64,000 nt of DNA from Pseudomonadota bacterium. GTDB taxonomy: Bacteria > Pseudomonadota > Gammaproteobacteria > JAKAQQ01. Made by a program: the position numbers and the translations under genes. The notes beneath the pieces are model-generated. The model made no database searches. It had not been told where the DNA came from and saw nothing but the letters and a program-made list of their open reading frames with translations. The DNA is taken from assembly GCA_027365475.1 (NCBI GenBank), contig DAHXNI010000024.1:93362-157361 (forward strand), written 5' to 3'. Below are positions 56,641-64,000 of the stretch, one piece after another; the first letter of the stretch is position 1, and each line of letters starts with the position of its first letter.

Positions 56641-59115
56641 ATGACTTTTGTGCTGCTGATCTGGATCGTTGCCTTGCTCGTGGGACTAGTTGGCTGCGCC
56701 TTCTTGCGTGTACCGCTTTGGATCACCAGCATCTGGATTGTCATCTGGCTTGGCATCCTGATCAGTTTCCTGCCCAGCCCCGCAACGGTCGGTGTCACAC
56801 TCGTGGGGCTCGCGATACTCGTCCTGATCAACCGCACTCCCCTCCGCAAATCCCTGCTCACCAAACCCCTGCTGCGTGCCTATCGACGGGTACTGCCGAC
56901 CATGTCCACAACGGAGAAGGAGGCGCTTGCTGCCGGCACCGTCTGGTGGGAAGGAGAACTCTTCAGTGGCCGACCGCACTGGTCAAAGCTTCTCAACATT
57001 CCGAAACCCGAGCTCACCTTGGAGGAACGCGCCTTCTTGAGCGGCCCAGTCGAGACGTTATGCGGCATGCTGGATGATTGGAAGATCACTCATGAATGGG
57101 CCGACCTCCCACCAGAGGTCTGGAATTTCCTCAAAACCAACCGTTTTTTTGCATTGATCATACCCAAGTCGTATGGAGGACTCGAATTTTCAAGCTATGC
57201 CCACTCGGAAATACTGCTTCGGATCGCCACCCGTTCCATCACCGCTGCATCTGTGGTTGCCGTTCCCAACTCGCTCGGACCCGCAGAACTTCTTCTGCAC
57301 TATGGAACCACAGAACAGAAGCGTCATTACCTGCCACGACTGGCGCGTGGGGACGAGATTCCCTGCTTCGCACTCACCGGCCCTTATGCAGGCTCAGATG
57401 CGGCATCCATCCCTGACATCGGAATCGTCTGTCGGGGCAGTTGGGATGGGCAAACAGTACTCGGACTGCGGCTTAATTTCGAGAAACGCTACATTACCCT
57501 GGCACCAGTTGCAACGCTCATCGGACTGGCCTTCAAACTTCTGGATCCGGATCATCTTTTAAGCGAACAGGAAGACCGGGGGATTACCTGCGCGCTCATC
57601 CCACGAAACCTCCCCGGCCTTGAAATCGGGTATCGCCATTTCCCGCTCAACATCCCCTTTCAGAATGGGCCGATTCGCGGACGAGATGTGTTCATCCCGT
57701 TGGACCAGATCATTGGCGGGCCCGCTCTGATCGGCCATGGCTGGCGCATGCTCATGGAAAACCTTGCGGCAGGCCGGTCTATTTCATTGCCAGCCCACGC
57801 AACGGGCGCCGCTCAGACCGCCGTTTTGACCACAGGCGCATACGCCCGTATCCGCCGTCAGTTTCATACCCCAATCGGCTGGTTTGAAGGTGTGCAGGAA
57901 ATTCTCGCTCGAATGGGGGGCACACTCTATGCAATGGATGCCGTCCGCACGATGACAGTCGGTGCGAACGATCTCGGTGAGATTCCAGCCGTACCCTCGG
58001 CCATTGTTAAATATCATGTGACCGAGATGGGACGCCAAATTGCATTGGATGCCATAGATATCCATGGCGGGAAGGGAATCATTCTCGGGCCCAAGAACTA
58101 CCTAGGCCGCGGTTTCCAGGCAGCTCCGATCGCCATCACAGTCGAGGGCGCGAATATCCTGACCCGCAATATGATCATCTTCGGTCAAGGCGCCATCCGC
58201 TGTCACCCTTTTGTCCTCAAGGAAATGGAAGCAGCACAAAACCCCGATGGACATGCGGCACTTGCCACTTTTGACCGTGCACTATGGGCACACGTCGGTT
58301 TTTTCCTGAGCAATATGGTGCGCGCATGGACTTTGGGCTTTCATGCGGCTCATGGGGCACAAAGCCCCACCGATGGACCCACACGGAGGTTTTACCAGCA
58401 TCTTGAGCGGTACAGTGCAGCCTTTGCCGTACTTTCGGATGCTGCAATGCTCACGCTGGGTGGCAAACTCAAACGCAAGGAGCGACTTTCGGCTCGCTTG
58501 GGAGACCTGTTGAGTTATTTGTACATCGCCTCAGCCGTACTAAAACGATTCGAGGATGACGGGCGCCCGGTTGCGGATCTGCCACTGGTCGAATGGGCCT
58601 GTCGTCATCTGATTTATCAGTTTCAAGAGCAGGCGCACGATTTCCTAAGGAACTTTCCCAAACGGGGTTTGGCCTTTTTTCTTAGAGCCGTGATTTTTCC
58701 AACGGGGCGAACCTATTCAGCACCGTCTGATCATCTGGGCCGTACCGTCGCTGAACTTCTGACTTCCCCAAATGAAACACGCGCACGCCTCACTTCTGGC
58801 GTGAGCCAAAACGGTCCAGCGGCCCAACCCATCGCCCAGCTGGAGGAAGCACTCACCCTCGCATCCAGCGCCGAACAGCTCGAACACAAGATTCGAGACG
58901 CTCACAGGGAAATCCCGACACGGATCCTGCATGACCTCGAACGGGCACGTTGGGCGAAAGATCAGGACATTCTGACTGCCGACGAATACGCCACACTGGA
59001 GCACTTTTATAGCCTCGTGTCTGAAATCATCTCCGTGGACGCTTTCCCTCCGGATGCACTGGGAACGAAGCCGATACCATTGCCTTGGGGCACCCAAGTT
59101 CTCACCGGTGGCTGA
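56641..59115 (+). CDS. fadE: acyl-CoA dehydrogenase FadE (membrane-anchored, long form)
   Basis: Two N-terminal TM helices followed by an acyl-CoA DH fold, about 825 aa like E. coli FadE. Conserved segments TEKEALAAGTVWWEGELFSG and ALTGPYAGSDAAS are present. Confidence 0.85.
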   Translation: MTFVLLIWIVALLVGLVGCAFLRVPLWITSIWIVIWLGILISFLPSPATVGVTLVGLAILVLINRTPLRKSLLTKPLLRAYRRVLPTMSTTEKEALAAGTVWWEGELFSGRPHWSKLLNIPKPELTLEERAFLSGPVETLCGMLDDWKITHEWADLPPEVWNFLKTNRFFALIIPKSYGGLEFSSYAHSEILLRIATRSITAASVVAVPNSLGPAELLLHYGTTEQKRHYLPRLARGDEIPCFALTGPYAGSDAASIPDIGIVCRGSWDGQTVLGLRLNFEKRYITLAPVATLIGLAFKLLDPDHLLSEQEDRGITCALIPRNLPGLEIGYRHFPLNIPFQNGPIRGRDVFIPLDQIIGGPALIGHGWRMLMENLAAGRSISLPAHATGAAQTAVLTTGAYARIRRQFHTPIGWFEGVQEILARMGGTLYAMDAVRTMTVGANDLGEIPAVPSAIVKYHVTEMGRQIALDAIDIHGGKGIILGPKNYLGRGFQAAPIAITVEGANILTRNMIIFGQGAIRCHPFVLKEMEAAQNPDGHAALATFDRALWAHVGFFLSNMVRAWTLGFHAAHGAQSPTDGPTRRFYQHLERYSAAFAVLSDAAMLTLGGKLKRKERLSARLGDLLSYLYIASAVLKRFEDDGRPVADLPLVEWACRHLIYQFQEQAHDFLRNFPKRGLAFFLRAVIFPTGRTYSAPSDHLGRTVAELLTSPNETRARLTSGVSQNGPAAQPIAQLEEALTLASSAEQLEHKIRDAHREIPTRILHDLERARWAKDQDILTADEYATLEHFYSLVSEIISVDAFPPDALGTKPIPLPWGTQVLTGG

Positions 59116-59789
59116 GCGTCGAAAAGAATCGGTACTGCTCGTATCGCCCAGTCGAAGCCACTCTGCCAGAAGGGGATTCTTTGCATGCGGGCCGAAGACG
59201 CAATGGCGAGATGACAATGCTTGAAATCCGGCCGGCGCTTCAACAGGGAAAAAACGCCCGCTTTCCAGGGGCAAGGTATGGAATCCCGTGAGATCCTCCC
59301 TTCTGGGAACAGACAGACCAGACTCTCCTCAGTGGCACCCAAAAGCGTGCGAAACCCGAAGGGTGCTTTTTCAGAAACCACGACAAATCGGTGCCCCCAA
59401 AGTTGGCACCAGAACCGAATTGCATGAGACCAGAACCAGTGTCGCCCGTAATCTCCGTGAACTGCAAAAAGTGTGGGACGGGTGAGCCATACCGCCAACA
59501 AGGGTCCATCCCATAAACTCCGGTGATCGGCAGTTAACAGGATGGGGCCACCTTGGGGAACCTCACCCGTGACTCGAACCGGCATCAAACGCCATACCAT
59601 TCCGCGCCACGAAATCAGATTCAGAGATCTTGAAATCGCCGCTTGCATTCGTGCCACCGGACCACTTCGTTTGGGTGGTGCCAAACCCTCTCTCACCGGC
59701 ATGTGCTTTCGCCTAACCTCAACGAAATGGAGACCATGGTGGCGGAGCGCATCGGACCGATCAACCCTATTGGGACGCTGATCTGCCAC
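59007..59789 (-). CDS. lysophospholipid (PlsC-family) acyltransferase-like protein
   Basis: HxSxxD block (LLTADHRSLWD) and block III FPEGRIS are present. The composition is Trp/Arg-rich and unusual, and the gene overlaps the fadE 3' end by 108 nt (convergent), so the call is tentative. Confidence 0.5.
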   Translation of the reverse strand: MADQRPNRVDRSDALRHHGLHFVEVRRKHMPVREGLAPPKRSGPVARMQAAISRSLNLISWRGMVWRLMPVRVTGEVPQGGPILLTADHRSLWDGPLLAVWLTRPTLFAVHGDYGRHWFWSHAIRFWCQLWGHRFVVVSEKAPFGFRTLLGATEESLVCLFPEGRISRDSIPCPWKAGVFSLLKRRPDFKHCHLAIASSARMQRIPFWQSGFDWAIRAVPILFDAQPPVRTWVPQGNGIGFVPSASGGKASTEMISDTRL

Positions 59790-60018
59790 GATTCCGTGTC
59801 CTGCGCGCCGCTGTGGGTCTTGAATGACTCAGATACTTGCAGTGCAAGCTCTTGGGGTTCGCGGTTTCAGATTTATGACAGTCACTCCTCATCCGGTCGA
59901 GGCTGGATACACGTTACAGCCCAAAACTTTATACTATCCGGAAGGTCTCACCTTGTAGGCCCGGGTTGCCACTGAGACGTTATCGGGTACCGTGGCAGGC
60001 AACCCCAGGAGATGCACC

Positions 60019-60603
60019 ATGAAGCCCATTCGACTGTTTTCTCTATTGACTCTGCTCTTGGTTCTGGCCGGCTGTGCTTCAACCGTCGGTGTAGAAATCG
60101 AGCGCAACGCGAGTTTTTCCAACCTGAACCGCTTTGCTTGGCTCCCCCCGGGGAGGCAGCCGATCAAGAATCCGATCATCAACAGCGGAATCATCACACA
60201 ACGGGTCAAGCGGGCGTCGATCGAGGTGCTGCAAAATCGTGGTTTTTCGTACCGCAAGAAGCCAGCTCAGGCCCAATTCCTCATTACCTACCACATTATC
60301 AGCCATCGTGAATTCGTGAATAACCAACCGTTTTTCCCTGGAGTCGGATTCGGTTTTCCCTATTATGATGATTATTTCTACCCAGGAGCCGCAATGATGG
60401 TGGGGGGATTCGGTTTCGGATACGGCTATGGGAACGCCTATAGCTACCGCAAGGCCGATCTCATTCTCGACATCATCAGTGCGAAAAATCGCCACCTGAT
60501 CTGGCGCGGCTGGGAATCCCAGATCGTCACACGCAGCAACTTCTCAATGCGGGCCATCTACCATCTGGTCAACCACATTCTGCAGCATTTCCCGCCGCGA
60601 TAG
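60019..60603 (+). CDS. DUF4136-like outer-membrane lipoprotein
   Basis: MKPIRLFSLLTLLLVLAGCAS is signal peptidase II-type. The C-terminal DLILDIISAKNRHLIWRGW recalls the DUF4136 signature. There is a Gly/Tyr-rich internal segment. Confidence 0.55.
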   Translation: MKPIRLFSLLTLLLVLAGCASTVGVEIERNASFSNLNRFAWLPPGRQPIKNPIINSGIITQRVKRASIEVLQNRGFSYRKKPAQAQFLITYHIISHREFVNNQPFFPGVGFGFPYYDDYFYPGAAMMVGGFGFGYGYGNAYSYRKADLILDIISAKNRHLIWRGWESQIVTRSNFSMRAIYHLVNHILQHFPPR

Positions 60604-60654
60604 GCACGGGCCGAAGCTGCAAATTAACCGGCCCGCCATCAATCGGAAAGCGGC

Positions 60655-61671
60655 ATGACCGCGCTTTACACACCCTACTTTGGGTTGCGGGAAGATCCAT
60701 TCGGCATGGCGCCGGATCCCCACTTCCTGTTTCTGAGTCCCCTCCATCAGGAGGGCCTGGCGCACCTGCTCTACGGAGTCACCCAACCGGGAGGATTCAT
60801 AGAATTGTCGGGACCGGTTGGGACGGGGAAAACTACACTCGTCCGTAGTCTTCTGGAACAGCCGCCTGCGGACTTTGAAATCGCATTGATTATCAATCCC
60901 AAACAGACCCCCAAAGCGTTCATCCGTAATCTGCTGCAGGAAATCAAGCCCCAAGCATTGCCCGCCACGAACCGTGCCGATCTGCCGACACTGATCAACC
61001 TCATCAATGATCGCCTGCTTGAAATTTACCGGCAGGGACGTCGGGTCATCTTGATTGTGGACGAGGCGCAGGCGCTACCCATTGAAACCCTTGAACAAAT
61101 CAGGCTACTCACCAATCTCGAAACACGCACCACCAAACTCATGCAGATCATTCTGGTTGGGCAGCCGGAGCTCGACATTCTCCTCGAACGCCCAGAATTG
61201 TCGCCATTGCGGAATCGAATCACTGCCCGTTTCCGGCTCGGCCCGCTTCGCTGCGCTGAAACACAGGCCTACATTCACCATCGCCTGAAGATTGCTGGAC
61301 TGGTCACTCCCCTGTTTACCCCCGCCGCCATGCGATCCATTCACCGGTCTTCTCATGGACTCCCGCGCACCATCAACATCCTCTGCGATCGCGCTTTGCT
61401 CGGTGCATATGTGAAGAGGAGAAGACTCGTTACGCTTTCCTTGGCCAAACAGGCCGCTCACGAGGTCGGAGGTGCTTCAATACCGGTGAGTTGGCTCCGA
61501 CGGACCTTTAACCGTGCAAACTTTTTTATGCTTTTGGGGATTCTGTGTGGGTGTGTCATCTGTCTTCACTTGGTGAACCCAGCTGGCCGGATGCATCCAT
61601 CTGTCGGATATGCACATCCCGGTTTGAGCCAGTCTCACGTTTCGCCAACCCCTGTCCAAGCAGAATTCTGA
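60655..61671 (+). CDS. ExeA/GspA/MshM-like AAA+ ATPase (short form, no periplasmic peptidoglycan-binding domain)
   Basis: YFGLREDPFGMAPDPHFLFLSPLHQEGLAHLLYGV...GGFIELSGPVGTGKTTL is the canonical ExeA N-terminus and Walker A, with Walker B VILIVDEAQ. A single C-terminal TM (FFMLLGILCGCVICL) follows and the ORF ends soon after. Confidence 0.75.
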   Translation: MTALYTPYFGLREDPFGMAPDPHFLFLSPLHQEGLAHLLYGVTQPGGFIELSGPVGTGKTTLVRSLLEQPPADFEIALIINPKQTPKAFIRNLLQEIKPQALPATNRADLPTLINLINDRLLEIYRQGRRVILIVDEAQALPIETLEQIRLLTNLETRTTKLMQIILVGQPELDILLERPELSPLRNRITARFRLGPLRCAETQAYIHHRLKIAGLVTPLFTPAAMRSIHRSSHGLPRTINILCDRALLGAYVKRRRLVTLSLAKQAAHEVGGASIPVSWLRRTFNRANFFMLLGILCGCVICLHLVNPAGRMHPSVGYAHPGLSQSHVSPTPVQAEF

Positions 61672-61680
61672 GCCCGGCAC

Positions 61681-62244
61681 GTGTCAATCATCCTTGATGC
61701 ATTACGCAAAGCCGAGACGGAGCGGAGCCGCCAGGGATCCGGACTCGCGATGCTTGGACCGGACCTCGCGCCCGCGAAGGGATCCCCCTATAAAGTGGCA
61801 GCTGCCGTTTTTGCCGGCTTGGTCGTGGGTATCGCGATAGCACTGCTGGGCATCGCTTTTTTGATTCGCGCACATCCGGGGAAACAGCCCACACACTCGG
61901 TCCATCGCATCACTGCTCCGCCGAAATCTCCTGGTCTGTCAAGCCCTCGGGCACAAGTCCTGCACCCTGCTGTCACGCCACCCAAACACCCGCCTTCTAC
62001 AGTTGTCACAACCCTCCCAGCAGCCCGGCCACCCCCTGTCAGCCAGCATCTCCCAGCGTCTACGGATTGGCAGATCCAGGTTTTCAGCTGGACACCTCGG
62101 CGCGACGACCGCTATGTGGTCATCAACATGCGTCTTTATCGAGCGGGTAACCACCTCCCAGGTGGGGCCCGCCTGCTCGCGATTCAAAGTAACGGACTTC
62201 TGGTCGAATACCAAGGCCACCGCTACTTCGTTCCGCGCCCCTGA
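61681..62244 (+). CDS. GspB-like protein (T2SS/secretin assembly accessory)
   Basis: N-terminal MSIILDALRKAETERSR is the conserved GspB start. One TM follows, then a Pro-rich periplasmic region. It lies immediately downstream of the ExeA-like gene. Confidence 0.55.
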   Translation: MSIILDALRKAETERSRQGSGLAMLGPDLAPAKGSPYKVAAAVFAGLVVGIAIALLGIAFLIRAHPGKQPTHSVHRITAPPKSPGLSSPRAQVLHPAVTPPKHPPSTVVTTLPAARPPPVSQHLPASTDWQIQVFSWTPRRDDRYVVINMRLYRAGNHLPGGARLLAIQSNGLLVEYQGHRYFVPRP

Positions 62245-62542
62245 CCGGTCATGACTTTCGCACCGCGTCCTTTCATCTGCCTGAACCCGAATACTCCCAC
62301 TCCGAACATCCCGGCGGTGATTGGCAACTCGACTTTAAAGTGTGCGGTACCGAGCGCCTCGCCTGTCCATTGAAATCGTGGAAATCTTACGGAAAGAGGG
62401 CATCTTTTCCAGATCATCAGGGGTTGAACAAACCCATTCCGCAAGATCCCAATAGCTGCAGGCCAAAACCTTGCAACAGGGTTGGTGGGCCCCTAAGGAC
62501 AGCGGCCCGGCCCTACACGGAGTTGATCTGGTAATATCGATG

Positions 62543-64000
62543 CAATGATGCGTTCTTTATTGCGCGCCTGCGACCGGAATCGGGCCACCCGCCGGGAAGC
62601 TCTGGGTCTCCTGGCAGCTGGGGCGATGACTGCACAGTTTTTGATTGCCCCGGCTCAAGCCACGCATCACCATACTCAAACCCCGGATACCACTTCAGCA
62701 CCAGCATCTTCCTCGCTCACCCGCTTCCTCAAAACCGAACGGGTACCCTGGCTTCATTTGATCAAGCTCGGGGCAACCCGTACGGGTGCTCCCCTGTCCG
62801 CACTCATCATTGGCCACTCTGCACATCCCCAGCAGACAACGAACAGATCAAGATTGGTCGTTCTGCTCAGCCCCGCCCTTGATCATTCCGGTCATGCGGT
62901 ACGCATTTTTGCCGTTCAACTCATTCGCCAGTGGTTAAAGATGCCAGCGCCTGTGCGCCACCATTTGATGCAGCGGCTGCTTTTAGTTTTCTTTCTGGGT
63001 CGGGGATATCGACCCATGACCCTGGCCAGTGATGCTTTCCATTGGCCTACGGATTTACCCAAACCTTCGAGCACCCATTCACAGAATCTGTTATTGGCAG
63101 AGACTCCAACCACACGGGCCTGGCTCACGCTCTTTGCGCGCTGGCATCCTGCCCTAGTCACTGAAATGATCACCCGTCATTCAGCTGCCTGGCGTGACAA
63201 CTTTCTTTTCGGCGGCACACCAGTCGCCCTGCTTGCACCAAAACTTGCACGACTGACCACACGACTCGTGACTGATGTCCGGACGATCTGGAGACATTCC
63301 CATATTGCAGTCGGCACGTGGATGCAACCACGCAATCCCGAAGATCCCGATTCAGGGGTTCAGACCATCTCGGCCTCGCCCACCCATATCCTCGGGTACA
63401 GCGCCTTAGCAGACGTTCTGGCGGTTCAGTGGATCTGTAATGGCCACACAGCCATTCGCCAGCAAATCCGTCAGATCGCCCAGATGGGTTCGGGCTGGAT
63501 TTCGGTTTTGACTCGTGAAGCCACTCCTCTACTGCGAGCCGAGCATCAACTCGCAACAGAAGCACAAGATCATTACGCGACATTTCGAAAAGGCTTTTCC
63601 ATCCACGAGGTTCTTAAACGCTCATTAGACAGATTTTTACTGAGGACTTACGCGTACAGCGAAACGCTGAGCCCCATCTCCGGTACGGTCTGGATTCGTT
63701 ACGATTGGAACAAGCCGCGCAACTACCTCGTTCCGCGTTATGGCCGGCTTGCAGGTCGTGATTCTCTGCCAGATATTGCTGGCTTCGTGATCCCCGCAGG
63801 TTTCCCCCGGGCGGTCCAAACCCTCCGGATACATGGCATTCAAACCGATGAGATCACCTCATCCATGACACTCAAGATTCGGACTGATCGACTGAGTCAC
63901 ATCCGTTGGAAACGTTCCAAACACAACCCCCTGCCGGTTATTGCCTCATTCGACACTACTCCTGAAATCCGCGAATTCGTCTACCCCCCAGGCTCGGTAT
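62543..64000 (+). CDS. Tat-signal secreted protein of unknown function (5' partial; continues beyond the window)
   Basis: Open frame from the ATG at 62543 to the window end (>485 codons). It is absent from the ORF track because it has no stop in the window. The N-terminus TRREALGLLAAGAMTAQFLIAPAQA is a twin-arginine signal. The protein is Trp/His-rich with no recognised catalytic motif. Confidence 0.5.

Noticed and set aside
62459-62476. sigma54 (-24 GG / -12 GC) promoter upstream of the Tat-protein gene.
   Set aside because: Spacing and TTGCA are right but the -24 element is GGCC, not GGCA, and the only bEBP-like protein in the window (NtrX) lacks GAFTGA. It is mentioned inside a finding but not called as a feature.
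1-64000. Searched for tRNA/rRNA genes, CRISPR repeats, IS elements or integrases, and prophage or defence-island gene content.
   Set aside because: No cloverleaf-compatible intergenic segments, no regularly spaced direct repeats, and no transposase- or integrase-like ORFs among the 100+ aa frames. The remaining long unassigned ORFs are all antisense to well-supported genes.

Overview
This 64 kb window is a dense, mostly syntenic core-chromosome segment of a moderately GC-rich (about 55-58% by eye) Gram-negative proteobacterium. The gene order resembles Pseudomonas-type and Acidithiobacillia-type gamma/beta-proteobacteria. I found no rRNA, tRNA or CRISPR genes, and no transposases, integrases or other mobile-element signatures. 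Recognisable blocks are yicC-gmk divergent from rph-rdgB; pepN; hemW; rpmE; gltA; ponA(mrcA) with a tightly coupled unknown gene; pilMNOPQ-aroK-aroB; pyrF-hemE; hemB-aroE; tag; hemF-tsaC-topA-smg-tsaP divergent from def-fmt-rsmB-DUF4390-ntrY-ntrX; folE; mntR divergent from a non-canonical Nramp; kefC-like divergent from kup plus a Kv-beta-type aldo-keto reductase; an APC permease; rocD; mdh; qor; fadE; and a short exeA/gspB pair followed by a Tat-secreted protein that runs off the window. Four stretches look accessory or poorly characterised. (1) At 39.8-43.6 kb, an AT-rich promoter island precedes a five-gene module: a small 2-TM protein, a YtrA-type mini-GntR, an ABC ATPase, an ABC-2 permease and a secreted DUF4097 beta-helix repeat protein. 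This is my best candidate for an undescribed envelope-stress/export system. (2) At 50.6-53.0 kb, a minus-strand operon of four predicted periplasmic proteins: a dihaem cytochrome c4, a thioredoxin-fold protein with the CxxC degraded to NPAC and an apparently permuted layout, a His-rich small protein, and an unknown secreted protein. (3) The MntR-linked Nramp has both hallmark metal-site motifs substituted (DPGN to DAPS, MPH to TPW). (4) A short ExeA/GspB pair has no other T2SS genes nearby and precedes a Tat-signal protein. All calls come from reading the sequence and the ORF track by eye, using motif-level recall of protein families. No database search was possible, so family assignments are recall-based and gene boundaries are approximate wherever alternative starts exist.
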